DNA of 63,746 bases, counting the filler, from Reticulomyxa filosa (lineage: Eukaryota; Protista; Foraminifera): NCBI GenBank assembly GCA_000512085.1. It is 25 parts of 25 records of this genome, joined end to end, with 100 filler letters (N's around TTAATTAATTAA, not from the genome) between each part and the next. Parts side by side here need not be neighbours in the genome. Positions count along the whole stretch, not along the records: positions 37,641 to 40,937 come from ASPP01018857.1; positions 41,038 to 44,099 come from ASPP01007273.1; positions 44,200 to 45,451 come from ASPP01003851.1; positions 45,552 to 47,872 come from ASPP01000618.1; positions 47,973 to 50,773 come from ASPP01003489.1; positions 50,874 to 52,474 come from ASPP01021044.1; 19 more parts are not named here. One strand, 5' to 3'. Positions 37,708-51,598 of the stretch are shown piece after piece (positions within the stretch are counted from its first letter, which is position 1; each line of letters begins with the position of its first letter). A program made the translations under genes and the position numbers. The notes beneath the pieces are model-generated. The model was not told the DNA's origin, made no database searches, and saw only the letters and a list, made by a program, of their open reading frames with translations.

Positions 37708-37890
37708 CTTTTATAAACTAAAATATATTCACGCCATTGCAAAAAATTGCATTTATTTTTCTCTCGTGAGGTAACCATGTGACCAATCTCTCTTAGAACT
37801 TTTTGTTTCTCTTTTTGTATGAAATCAGAAATGAACCATTTCGCTAATCGTGTCTTGCCTTGTCTGTTTTGAGGTAGCATAAAGCGTATC
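37708..37890 (-). CDS. Adaptor protein complex sigma (small) subunit exon, AP-2/AP-1 type
   Basis: IRFMLPQNRQGKTRLAKW...CNFLQWREYILVYKR between AG acceptor and GT donor. Confidence 0.85.
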
Positions 37891-38551
37891 TATTGCAAGC
37901 AAAACAAGATGATGACGATCTTATTCTGTAAAGTTTGAACAGGCTAAAGATATATTTAATACCATTCTTCCAAAGTGATGGTGTAACCATTTCAGCACAA
38001 TGTTCCCAAATATCACCAATACATTGATCCGCGGACAACAGGCCGCCAATCCGGGAGAAAATATTGAATAGTGTTATCTTATTTAAAAGAAGTGTTTTTT
38101 TTTTTTCACAAGTTCCACTTGGAGACTTTTTTTTCGTATAAAATTTTTTTTGCTGTTTGATTACATGAAAAAATACTTTGGACCTTATTTCCTTATCTTA
38201 CATTCATTATTTTAAAATAATTAATAAAAAAAAACTTTTTGTGAAAATTGAAATAAAATCAGGAAATGAACGAGAGAAAACCTGAATAGATTTAACACGA
38301 AACGTTACAATTTAAACTCGATTAAACATTAAGGAAACATATCATCATCTCAAACAAAATTGGGGAAAAAACTATTGTTTAAACAATTAATATGTGGGAC
38401 CTTAAATTGTATAAATATTCAATTTTCTCCATAAAGAAACAGCATTTAATCTATTTTCTCTTTTAGCTTCGTTTATTCTATTTTTTTAACATTCTTTAAT
38501 TTAAATTATCTCTTATGTTTGTTGGAACAGTTAGTACCACTAAATGTAACA

Positions 38552-39260
38552 CTAAAGGAACTTTGTTCCAAGAAACAATATTTCATTGAAAGGCTTGACA
38601 AATTTAGCCACCACTTCATCTTGCACGTTTGTCAGTTGTGTCAATGATTTGTCCTTGCACATTATTATTTCCTCGTACCGTTTGAAATCCAAACCATGCA
38701 ATTCATTAGCAATCCATTTCTCTAAGACCAGTTCTCGTATCAAAAAAAATAAATTTTAAGAACAATGGAAATGCAATGAACCATTGTCTGTGAGTGGAAT
38801 GATTTCGTCGTTTGCATTCGGGCATTTGTCTATAAAATTTACTATACAAATATTTCAGAATGTTGTTATGAATTAAATTCAATCAACCATTCAGAATATT
38901 GTCTAATATCTTTCAAAACCTTCATTCCATTGATCAATACTTTGAGAGCAAATATGTTCTAGTTTTTGCAAAAGAGAGTCGATCACATTCCGAATTTTGT
39001 ACAAAATTTTTTTATTTTATTGTTAAACCAGTTATTTCTATTTCCTCATTGACATCAAAGCGTTCCAATGATTCAAATGTTTTAAAGATCGACAAAGTTT
39101 CATATTTGATTACACATTCTGCCAATTCCATAATCTGTTCACTTAAACTCAAAACCCAATCTTTCATTGTAAGTCTCACCATAATCGCTTTCACGTGTTG
39201 TAAGAAGATAACACCAATGTCACCATGAATTATCGACAAACTTTCAATTTGTGTTTGCAT
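38552..39260 (-). pseudogene. Fragmented coding-like sequence, family unknown
   Basis: Two protein-like ORF pieces (82 and 63 aa) on one strand separated by stops and frameshifts. Confidence 0.3.
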
Positions 39261-40379
39261 TTCACTTCATATACTGCAACGTGGATCAAAACTTGTCAAA
39301 AATATAGAAACTCTTAAAAAGACTTTACAGAAAACTTCTTTACAAAAGGTCTTTTGTTTGAGCTTTTTTTTTGCTGGAAAAACTTCAACAACTATAAATA
39401 ATATTTTCAAATACACTAAAAAAAGTTTGTTATTGTGTGGTAACCTTATGCAAAAATTAAAAATATATAGTTGTTCAGAGTTTCCGAAATATGCAGTTTC
39501 ATCTTTGGAGTGGCAGTTTGACTTTAGCATCAGCTGACATGTCCACCATTTGGGGATGAGTGCGCATAGCGCCCGCACCGGAGACCATTTTTTTTTAATG
39601 CAGGAACATGAATATTTACATTATATTGATGAATTGCAGAATGTATTATATTTTTTATTCGTTAAAAAATTTTTTTAATTGTGTTTGTGTTGAAAAAAAG
39701 TAATGTAAATCTGCTTTCAAGGACTGAGGAACTTGATTTCTTCTTATGTATCAAACCAAAGAAATTTTTTTCGCTTAAACAAAAATGTGTAGTGAACACT
39801 ATCTCGCTATAGTTCTTTGAAAGCAATAAGTCTTTTAGAAAAAGCATATTTTTTTTAAAGAGAATTATTTCAACTATTGAATTCTAAAGATCTTGGCAAA
39901 AAGATACCAGAAAAATATAGAAGGAGTATCAATCGTCATAACCAAACGACAGACATATTTAGCAAAAACAACAAAACACGAACAATAATAGATGAGACCA
40001 AGAAAAAAACAACTAGATGCAAAAAAACACATTTTTATTTCTGTGTTTATTTTTACAATCATTCTTGTTGAGAAATGAGTTTTTAGTGCCAACTCATGAC
40101 CCAAAAAAAGACCATGCGTCGCCAATTAAGATTGACCGAAATCAGGAAACGAAAGCACTTATTTTTTTTTTTTGTTAAAAAAGGTATAATCATCCCAACC
40201 AACAAAAAAAAGAGGCAATAAACAACAGACAGACAAACAAACAAGCAAAAAATAATAACAATGCGAGATTACTATAAAAGCGAACAAACATAAGAAAAAA
40301 AAAAAAAAGACAGAGAAGACCAAACAAGTCAATAAAGAATCAAAAAAAATAAAAATAAAAATAAACAAAAAATAAAAAT

Positions 40380-40860
40380 TTAAGGAGCAAAAAAATCCTT
40401 ATTATTCTTTGTATCCGTGGCATCAATTGTCAATTCGGTAGTGGGCCTAGAAACCTGGCGTGACATGCTATTAACAATGGCTTCTTTTGGCAGCAGACGT
40501 TTGATCCAACTCTCTCGACAGCAAGGAAAGAGGGCCAGATAAATCCAGTCGCCAAACTCGAAGGCAGAGATCATGAACAGGCCATTGAGGATACCATCCA
40601 GCAACACGAATAAAGTGCCCATCCCAAAAAAAAACACGGAAATCAGTAATGCGACCAGAGTGCCAACGGTGCTGGCAATCGCAATAATGCATGCCTTCCG
40701 AAACGCATTGGCCGTGGCGTCGTCTACATTTAGTGAGTCGGACCGAGCCAACAACATATATATACGTCGAATGTATTGATAAGATAAAACCAAGTTTCCG
40801 GTCGGTACAAAAGCAGCGCCAATCATTACATACAAATTGAACATTTCGGGATTTTTCAGA
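40380..40860 (-). CDS. Terminal exon of a GPCR-like 7TM protein
   Basis: Three TM helices, LLDGILNG in the last helix, Cys pair and Ser/Thr-rich tail. Confidence 0.55.
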
Positions 40861-41037
40861 GTGCAACTTTTTTTATTAATTTATTAGATCACATTAAAAA
40901 CTTTTTTTTTTTTTTTCCCCCCTTTTTTTTTTTCCCCNNNNNNNNNNNNNNNNNNNNNNNNNNNNNNNNNNNNNNNNNNNNTTAATTAATTAANNNNNNN
41001 NNNNNNNNNNNNNNNNNNNNNNNNNNNNNNNNNNNNN

Positions 41038-42217
41038 TGGAACATTGGAAGTGTTATCAAAAAAGAACTGGCTGAATTTGGGATCGGTGACTTTGTCTCC
41101 AGTGCCGTGCAAAATCAAAAACGGAAGAGAGACTTTGTCGAGTTCCTCGCCAATGGTAATGGTGGCACCAAACAGCTGCATGCCCGTTTGCAATCGAGGA
41201 TTGCGGTCATATAAGAGTGGATGGGCGTCCACCTGTTGTCTCACTTCCGAATCCGACGTCAGCCAAGCATTGATATCCGCCGTCGGCGTCAAATTCGCTG
41301 CTGGGCAGCACGGTGTGATACAGTTCTTCAAACACGATACTAAGCAATCAGGGGGTCGAATCTATTTTTTTTTTTTTTTAAGAATACATATACATTATAT
41401 ATATATATATATATAATGTATATATGTATAATAGCATCGATGACAAAAAATAGAAAGATAACATTGTCGTCAATTCGACACATTGGAGCAATTAAAACCA
41501 TTCCGGCGAACTCGTCTTTCATTTTTTTGGACAGCTCGACGGTATAGGCCCCTCCCATGGACTGCCCAGCCAAAATGCATTGTGATGGACTCTTAATGTT
41601 GTATCTCTTGCAGTATGTCCCCAACGCCAGGGTGCGAATGGCAAAAGCAGCATTGTTCAAAAAGGCCGGCCAATTGTCTACATAATTCCATAAACCATCG
41701 CTCCTCCCTTGTCCCAAGTTGTCCCATGAAAACACTACGTATCCCATTTTGCTTAGTTGGATGTAGTACTCGTCCATCATGTACTCTATGCAATCGGCAT
41801 AGCCTTCTGCAAAACATATCAATCCCTTTATTGCAATCTTTGATTTTTTTTTTTTTTTTATAATTGTTTAATGACGGTATTTCGCTTAATATTTTTTTTT
41901 TTTTTTTTTTGTGTCCGCCCTTTTAAACAAAATTTTTAAGGGGGAGGAGGGGGAGGGGGGGGAGAAGGAGAGAGGAAAAACGAAAAACAAACTTGCGATT
42001 TGGGGGCCCAACATGTGGTGAAGATGAGACGACCGTCTGGTATTTCCACGTATGCTCGCAGACATTCCACGTCATCATATTCTTTATTCTTCAGCTTCTC
42101 ATTTAAAAGACGTCGCCGTCCTTGGGCTGTTTCCGGGTCTGGCCGGGTACTCTGACAACATGAACTCCGGAAACAGCAACAGCAAGGTACCAATTGTAAG
42201 GAAGACGCACAACCCAT
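41038..42217 (-). CDS. Monoglyceride lipase / Hydrolase_4 alpha-beta hydrolase (3 exons, truncated)
   Basis: DNLGQGRSDG, LAGQSMGG nucleophile elbow, LIAPM, PFLILHGTGDKVT. Confidence 0.9.
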
Positions 42218-42672
42218 GATTCGACCACTTTACAAAACAGATTTGAGCCAAAAATTATGAGCGAATATATTCAATGGTCAGCTTGCTCAAAAAAACTCAT
42301 AACTTGTAAGCTTTCCACTGCTTTCTTTTTCTTCTGTTCTTTTGCAGATGGACAATTTTTAAAAAGTTTGAAAAAAAATGCGGATATTAGACTTACAACA
42401 AATTCGAACATGTTAACGGCAATAAAGATATATTAAAATTGTTAGTGCTTAATTAATCGTAGCCCGGGTAGTGCAAGTGGATTTTGTGAAAACAATAATG
42501 TTGTAAACGATAAATTTTATATAAAATACAAAAGTATTACACCTGTTCAAATTATGAATGTTCAATAAAAACAAAAAAAGCTGGCCGAAACATAAGAGCC
42601 AAAAGGGGCAGTGAAAAGAGATTTCAAAAAGATCATAATTTTTCAAAGTATCTTCATTTGTGTAGGAGAAAT

Positions 42673-44067
42673 ATGAAAAACGAGCAAAATAGACCATTGG
42701 TAGATGACGATGTGAACACGAATGAGCCAAACGTAGGTTGCAGGTGCAATAGCAGTGACGTACTGCAAGTAATGTTATTTGGAAAAGCGGAGTTATGCCA
42801 ACAAGATCGAGGTGCAATGGAGAACCATGAATCGATAAATATAGAGGTGCAGCAAGCAAATAACGAATTAGCCGTGCAAGACTTGAGACAGCAGTCATTA
42901 TATACGCTTTGGAACATAGTGCGATTCATGGGAATAGGGATACTTGTGTTGTTGTCCTCAATGAAGCGACAGCAAGAAATACATGACTTTTACAATAACG
43001 TAGATCAATGTTGCTTTTGTCTACTCAACGTATACTCTCACAACAATACAAATCTGCGAATGGATTGGGAGATATGCCATTCCAAATATGGGAGCCAATA
43101 TTGCCGAGATAACTCCACTAACTCTACGTACAAAATTGGGAGCCAGTGCAATAAAAGTTTAGTATACGTATGTGTATATTTTTTTTTTTTTTTTGGAAAG
43201 AGAGAATATATATATATATATATACATGTATGTATACGTATACGTATACTCTATATATATGTATATATGTATACATATATATAAGATGACCAATTCTCAT
43301 GTAGCTCTAGCGTAGTATGGATCTCATGGGACAAAAACTATAAGGAGTATGGATGGACAGCATTTTTAGTGGCGGCATTGTATAGCATAGTATTATATGG
43401 GATAACGAGATGCTATTCGCCGTTGGGACTACACATATTCACATACAACTGGCTGGTGTCAATGTGGTGTCTGTTTTGGTTGCTGCAGGTGTTCCAGTTT
43501 TTCAAGGGGAGCAAAGATTTGGATGGGAACGTATACAACAACTTTGGCCAAGGTGGCTCCACAGTGGAGCCAAAATGTTATCGCGACGATTTCCCGCTGT
43601 CGTTGGTGGCGATGTTAAACATCTTTTTTATCGTGGCGTTGCTGTTCGCGGCATTTCCAATTGTGTTATGTTGTCTCAATTGTCTGCTCGCGTGTCCGTG
43701 CTGTTGCAGCGGGGACTCGTCCCTTCAGCAATACTGTCTCTTGACTAGCTCCAAATCGAAAAGATTTGGAGCCGGCTTGTATACGTTGCTCACTATTGTT
43801 TTCACCTGTTCGTTTTTAGTTGGAGTGGTTTGGGGCTTATACGTCATTTGCAGTCCAGATCATCACCAGTCGTCCTCTCAAATCATTGCTGTTGTCGTTG
43901 TTGTCTCGCTGGCAGTCACAAGTTGGGCCGACATCTTTTTCATTGGATATTGCACATGCCTTAGAAAGGCTTGCTGTTGCGCCACTGACGTGCCCTGGTT
44001 TTGTCACGCCGAAACTCGCCGTTTCGCCAGCTCACTCCGGACTTGGTTATGTCCCCATACCATGTGA
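42673..44067 (+). CDS. Cys-rich multi-pass membrane protein, unknown family (2 exons)
   Basis: Two long ORFs split by an (AT)n intron; five or more TM segments; CC clusters. Confidence 0.6.
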
Positions 44068-45184
44068 CTGTTACTCCTTTTTTTTTTTTTTTTTTTTTTN
44101 NNNNNNNNNNNNNNNNNNNNNNNNNNNNNNNNNNNNNNNNNNNTTAATTAATTAANNNNNNNNNNNNNNNNNNNNNNNNNNNNNNNNNNNNNNNNNNNNA
44201 ACACTTTTTCCCTTTTCTGGCTGAGGTTTGGAGTTTATGGGCTGGCGTTGCAGATATGAGCATGCTTTTCAAATTACTTTCCCAAATGACGCGCAAGTCA
44301 TTAGCCCAAATTTGGACATCACCACTCCACAACTCATCTTTTACAAGACCAACAGCCAGTACGCCACAGTCACGTCAACCACTATCGCACAAACAATTGT
44401 CACATTACTCAAATCACATCACCAATTTCATCACACTAACAATCGACATTACAACACTATCAACTCAGCCCCCAAATCGTGCATCAAATGATGAGTTTGT
44501 CAAACATGACAGATTATTTCATCATTCGATATTGTGTGTACTCATTTCAGTTATTTTCGATTCATTTCTTTTCGTTTAAAAAACAAATGAATAAAAAAAG
44601 GAACATATAAGTATGTAAGAAAGACTTTGATTACAGCAATAGAATAATATATGTCAATATCACACGTATTAAAAAAACAACGATAGACAACAATGGTGCT
44701 GGACGTACCAACACGCATAGTGTCCATCTATGGAGCCACCAGCAACACGGTTTGGAAAAGTGGCATTGGCGTATGGGATATTAAGTTGGAATATTGGCGT
44801 GTTGTCCCCTACAATGGCTCAAAATGCGGAGGACACAGGGCGGATAAATCACAACAGTGATTGCGCCTTGCGTACAATACGCAAAAGATCGAGCCAAAGG
44901 AAATGTCGGCCGACAAATATACATAAGGTACAAATAATTCTTTTTTTATTTTATCGAACATGTCATCTATTATTATAAAACGTATAAATAAATAAATAAA
45001 TGAACATAATCTTTTTTTTTGATCAACATTGCAATGTTTATGTATACTTATATGTTGTACGTATTTTGAAAAAAAATAGGCCAATGACAACGACGACACG
45101 ACAACGCAAATGTGTGATTGGTGCAAAATACCAAAGCTAAGGTAAAAGTTGTTTTATTTATTTTGTCTTTTCAATAAATAAGAA

Positions 45185-45451
45185 ATTGTTTATGTGTTTT
45201 TAAAACAGGCGCCAGTTGTGATGAAAAAAAAAAATAAGGGGTAGAATACAGCCCCGTCTCCGAAAGGAGTGAAAACGGTTTGTGTTATCTTTTTTTCAAA
45301 AAAATTATATCAACATATTGTGCGTGTTGTAACACAGTAGTCCCCCTCCGCAGCCAAGATCGTTAATTTGTTTCCCGTCCCCCCCTCAACACATATAAAA
45401 TAAATAAATGGGGTCGAAGGCCAACCCCGTATACGAAAAAAAAATTAAAGG
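45185..45451. repeat. Dispersed non-coding element, copy B (truncated at contig end)
   Basis: ccccgtctccgaaaggagt 45252-45270 and atggggtcgaaggccaacccc 45408-45428 match copy A in inverted orientation. Confidence 0.75.
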
Positions 45452-45551
45452 NNNNNNNNNNNNNNNNNNNNNNNNNNNNNNNNNNNNNNNNNNNNTTAAT
45501 TAATTAANNNNNNNNNNNNNNNNNNNNNNNNNNNNNNNNNNNNNNNNNNNN

Positions 45552-47872
45552 AATCCTAATATCTAGTTTCCACGTTCGACAATGAAATATTTTATCGATA
45601 GTGACAATACATTGATATCTGGAAGCAATGCCTGGATATTTATCCACAAACTGCGACGTAAATCTTGGTACCGCAAATATTCCATCATGAAATGTTCAAC
45701 AGTATCTTCTTCTTCACACCAAATATAATCAGAGACTATGAACTTTGGATGTTAAACAAATAATCATTCAATCCAATTTTACCAGTGATCAGCTGGATAA
45801 TCCAAGACATATTATGCCACGATATTTCCTCTCCTTCAAATATCCAATATCTGTTCCATTGCTCTGTGAAATAGGGATTCAATCCATGATTATTCAGGAA
45901 TGCCACTGATCTATGTTATTCAATATTGGTCGTAATACCATCCAATTCCAACACAATCATCATCCAACGATACCAGAAGATTGTAAAAAGTGATTTATTC
46001 GATTGTGGTATCATTGAATTTGCATTGGTAGAACATTTGAGATTGTATGTGAATCAGGTTCAACTATTGGCACGCCTCTTCTTGTCTTCGAAGAATTCGA
46101 CACATTGTAATCCTTTGTATCCTTTCTAATCGCCTCTTGTGAGTGTCTGCTACACCATTTCAAAATGCAGATGCATACTCGGGACTGGTCTTGTATAATA
46201 GATTATACGTGGATAAACTTGGTCTGACTCCTTTGTATGAACATAAGTATGCCTTGACGTATACGTAATTAGCATGCTTGGAATACGTCATATGGGAAGA
46301 TACTTCATGTGATCGCATTCCTTCAGGTTTGATTGGTGTAATGTCAATTTTATCTTTGAAAATTTCTTCTTGTTCTGCAAGCAACATCTTCCATTGATTG
46401 GACCAAATGGATACTTCATCCAGACTTTGTTGTAATAACCCTAATTTACCACAATGCTCCTTGTGATGATCCTTTCCATCAATTTACCAACACTCGATAA
46501 CAATGCAATTGGTCTGTGATTCTTGCACTGACTATGATCTTTGTCAGGCTTGGGAATGTTTGCCTTTTTCCATTCAATTGGCATATATCACATTCGGAAA
46601 CTCCATCCAAATAGGAATAACAACGAATCAATCATTGTATTACCACCATTCTTAAACATTTCTTTGTCGAAGTTTCCTTTTCAGTTCATTTGCTGCTTCT
46701 TTGTATCTTGTAATTGTGATTACTCATGTTTCTTCGAAAATCTCTCTTCAATCGATGGGCTTCTTTTCTTTTTCTGTGGAGATAATCACTCCACCAAGGC
46801 TTGTTTCCTTTTCACACTGTTTTCATTCCAATTGTTCTTTTGCCTGCTTCCACGACACACTTTGTCCATGATTCCAACAATTGTGGAAACCATTATGTCA
46901 ATGATTCTTTCCATTCTCTCAAATTTTTTGCCAGGACTTGACGATACCATTCCTAATTGTTGTTTCTCAAGTTCCACATTTCTATCTTTTGTTTTTTGAT
47001 CTGTGGTGATGTCCAACTTGCTCGGATGTTGAATGTGATTGGCAAGTGATCGGAATGCACGTTCAATTCATCGTTATCTGTTCTCCAATTGCTGCAGAGA
47101 TGGAATAGTGATGACGAGCACAATGTGATATCAATGGATGACGATGACAACCTTCCATCATCTTTCTTTTCAAATGTGTGATTGGAATTCAGAATATTCA
47201 AATTATTGTTGCTGATGAAATCCAAAGCGTATTCACCAACTCCATTGATATTTTCATTCAATTACAATGTGTTCCGCGATCTTCTTTGCTTCTTTCAAAT
47301 TTTTTTTTTAGCATGGAAGAATGTAATTTCAAAAAGTAACCAACAAATAACATTCAAGCTTCAACATTTAAGCAATAATTTTATTTTAAAATTTGTTTAG
47401 AAAATACATCATTTTATATCATTTCAAAAAAAAAAATAATCATTCATCATCGAGAGAAACTTTTGAAAAAAAGTGGTATTTTGAAGGAAAACAAGCACAG
47501 AACAACTAGATACTGCAACATCTAGAAGTATCTGAAAGAAGTTCGAATTAATCTTCGATTATTAACAACGATTTTCGTCTAGTAAATTTTTTTTTTATCG
47601 TATAAAAAATCTTTTTATTAGTTGAAACTTCAAGATAACAACACCGAAAATGAACAGTCGATTAACAAGAAAGAATGGCGAACAAAATTGAGACACTTTT
47701 TTATTAAATAAGCCAAAATGACAATATCAACAACATTCATATGCTTTTCTTTAATAATAAGTGTTTAAATTTTATTTTTTGTTTTAGTTTGCTTTGATTT
47801 GTTAAAAGAGTTGAATCTGAATATTTCACTGAGACTTCAACACTTCAAAAACAAGGCTAAGAGGATTCGGTT
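45552..47872 (-). mobile_element. Decayed LINE (APE endonuclease + RT + C-terminal zinc-knuckle region) with 5' module
   Basis: NNLNILN..HTF...SSIDITL...HSDHLPI (APE); PIALLS-like stretch near 46495-46520; LQQSLDEVSIWSNQWKM; EEDTVEHF; many stops. Confidence 0.85.
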
Positions 47873-50800
47873 NNNNNNNNNNNNNNNNNNNNNNNNNNNN
47901 NNNNNNNNNNNNNNNNTTAATTAATTAANNNNNNNNNNNNNNNNNNNNNNNNNNNNNNNNNNNNNNNNNNNNTACTAAGTTAATAGATTGGACTTTTTAT
48001 ATACAAATAAAATTCTCCACACAATTCATATTTTTAATTTCGCTTACAAATTCATTGTTGCTCCTTAGCACAATGAGCAACACAGAACCCAAATATGTTT
48101 ATATCTTTGTAAAAAAAACTATGCAATTTCTTTTACAAATTGAATACTCACAATTCATAGTCATATACATATACATATATGTATTCATTGACAAAAAAAA
48201 TATTCGACAAACTGTTTTTTTTTAGCATATTCAAGTTTTTCACAATATGGTAAAGGATGTCTTGTGCCAATGCTGTGTTCATAATCCAGTCATTAATTAT
48301 ATTAACCTTTTTTAAAGTACATTACTATTGATCAAATTGTAATTGTGTTAATACAATATCCAAATTTTTATTTCTCTCATTGTAATTATTTACTTGATTT
48401 ATTCATTTTATATCATTATTCTAATCATATATTCAATAACTAAATATTTCTAATAGATCCAAAAATGCAATAATATCATTTCCAATTTTGCTAATACCTT
48501 TGATTCTTTTATTTCTTTTCAAATTAATAAATAACAAAATTGTGATTGCATTATAAAATATATTATAATTCCTTTGTGTTTTTGATTTATTGAGTTTTTT
48601 AATTCACTTGATTTCTTTGTTTTCTTGATACATCATCATGTATGTTTCAAACTTTGTAAAAAAAGACAATATCTTCACCATTTGCACTAAAATGTCTTCC
48701 ATTTGCGCTCTTTAAGTTGTGTTAGTTTAAAATGATGATTCCAATAAGTTTTAGCTTAAAAAAACTTTTGAGCTCATTGAACTTTTTTGTGTTGATTAAA
48801 TGAAAAAAAGCAAATCACATATTATGTCAAATTGAATGAATTTAATAATTATTTTGAAATAATGTAAATATTTAAAAATGAAAATTTATTGTGTTTATTT
48901 TTATTATATATTCATCATTGCATCATTTCATCATCATAGATCAACTAAAGTTATTATGGATTTTAACCCCTATTGCCGAATAGAATTGGCAGGTTTACTT
49001 TAAAATGGATTAGTTAAAGATGAAGAAAAAAAATCATTGACAGATGCAAAATCACATCAAATGAAGTTGCTATTGTACCACAATCACTACCAGTTGCAAA
49101 AGTATCATCACCATCGTTATTAGATGATGCAACAAAATTATTGGATTGGGTGTTGATGCAGCACAAGTAGATGCGGCTGATATCATACTACAATCAGTAT
49201 TAAAATCTCAATTACCACCAGTTGCAAAAACATAATCACAATTGTTATTAGATATGCAACAAAGTTATTAAGTGGATTGTATATTTGTACAAAATCAAAA
49301 AATTTTCATTTATGAATTGACAAAAGATTTTAAAATAACAATAGCAAACATTTTTGTGATTTATGACAATATAGATTGTTTTTTTCATTTATGTGAATGA
49401 ATCAAAGAATAAACAAAAAATCATTACTGAATTACTTGTAATAAATTTATTTTTTTTTTTTTAATAAAAAAATACAAAATCGATAAATTCACAAACATTT
49501 ATTCATTATAAATCAAAAAACATGTAATACTCATCATTTTTTACAAAGCTGAAAGCCATAAAACTCTCACTTAATTGTTCATCACTCCATAGATAAAAGA
49601 ACATACCAAAGCATCTGATCTCCCTATTCAATTTAAATCTTTGAGCCAATGAAATTGCATAATTGAAATGGGAATAAATGAACAAGTTAATAAGAGAACG
49701 GAATAGATTAAAGATAAAATGAAAATGTATATTAAATTGAAATGAAATTTATTAATAACATTGATAATGACTAATTTATCATAACAATAATACTTCTTTT
49801 CTTAATAAATAGAAATATGATAAAAAAAAAATGGTGAAACAAGACAGTAAATTAATTTCAAGAATATTTTCATGACACAAAAGGGTTTTGAACGTGTTTA
49901 GAGACTTTGTGTGAATGCAAAGCCGTAAGAAACGGCAAGCATGTGATGCGATCAAATAAATAAATTTAATATACTTTACTTTTCTTCAACCAAACTTTTA
50001 AAGCAAAAACACTTATTCGGAAAAAAGTAAATTATCTCCGAATATGAATGGGACCTTTAAATGACCTATAACTCCATTTAATATCATATTTATAATTCTT
50101 TACATTATTTTTCTTTTTTAATCCAATAAATTTGTCGAAAATAAAGTAATTATTCTATTATTTATAATGCTTGTGAAAAATATATATTTATTTATTTATA
50201 AATAAAAAGCAAAAGAAAAAAACTTAATATAATTCAATATGATGTATATATTCTTTATGTGCGTGTAATGTTTAAATTAATTTATCGAAATCCAAATTTA
50301 CTTGATAATCACCGTTTAATTTATTTTGATATAAATATTGCATTGCCTTATGTTTGCAATATCCCAAAGCACAAACAAATACTATTTCCGATTTAACATA
50401 AAATTCATTTATTGATTGAAATTCTTCTTTATTTGTTTCATATTGACCAGCTAAATCTTTTTTATTATTATTTTTTATTTTTATACGTTGAGTTTATTTC
50501 ATGACTGACATTGTCATTGAACAAAACAGATAAAAAAGGAATAAACACCAAAACTAACTATACAAACACATTTTGAATCGGTGAAATAACAACTATTTGT
50601 TGGCATCTTCGTTATTTAGTGACTGATCTCTTTTGTTATTTGTTTTGAATGATGAGAATTGATAATTGGTGTAGTGATAAAAAAAAGATATATAAATAAA
50701 ATAGCTTGTTTTATTATGTGTATTCATTTAAATTTATTCCAATCCTTATTTCCAAAAGCTGATCCCGAATTGCNNNNNNNNNNNNNNNNNNNNNNNNNNN

Positions 50801-50942
50801 NNNNNNNNNNNNNNNNNTTAATTAATTAANNNNNNNNNNNNNNNNNNNNNNNNNNNNNNNNNNNNNNNNNNNNCATATAATTTATATATTTATGTATTTA
50901 TATATTTATATTTATATGTATGTGTATATTTATTTAAAAAAC

Positions 50943-51557
50943 TTGGAATTCAGGCATCAAGTCAGAAGGCTTGCTATCGTGAAAAGCACCAGCGCAAATG
51001 AACAAAACGTGATCAGTTTGAACTTTGCCGTAGCCTTGCACTTGAACACTGCATCCTTCGATCAAAGGGAGCAGATCCCTTTGAACGCCCTCTTGCGACA
51101 CTTTTCGGTCACTTCGAAAGGCGTCTCGAGGCCCACAAATTTTATCAATTTCGTCGATGAAAACGACTCCGTCGTTTTCGGCTAATTCGATGCTTGCGAA
51201 ATCAAGTCATTTTCGCTGAGTTTTTTTTTGAACTCCATGTCCATCAGCATCTCTCTCGCACGTTTGATGGGGACCCTCTTCTTCTCCGTTCGGATTTGCT
51301 CCAGCAACGGCGTGCCTTGCAACACCAGAAAAGGACTCCCACGTCCACGAAGCAGACTATTGTAATCCATCTCTTTCGGGATGTCAATGCTCACCTCGGT
51401 GGAATCGAGTGCTCCACTTTCGATTTGCTCGCTCCAAAGTTTGGCGTCTTTATTTTCTACTTTTCCGATCAGTGACCGCATTAGAATCTGGTTTACCATT
51501 GGTCGTAGTTCCGTTTCCATCTTTGTTTGATCGTCAATTTGTTGGGTCCCATTTTTA

Positions 51558-51598
<41 letters not shown>

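Noticed and set aside
45251-45278. CTCC-GAAA-GGAG-tGAAAAC as hammerhead ribozyme stem II
   Set aside because: The required upstream CUGAnGA core is absent and the GAAA after the stem is not conserved in copy A
51185-51195. Programmed -1 frameshifts in HslU, GTPase (59346-59355) and PIAS (~56305)
   Set aside because: Each is explained by a miscounted A run, and indels also occur in the bacterial contig (36758, 36979), pointing to sequencing error
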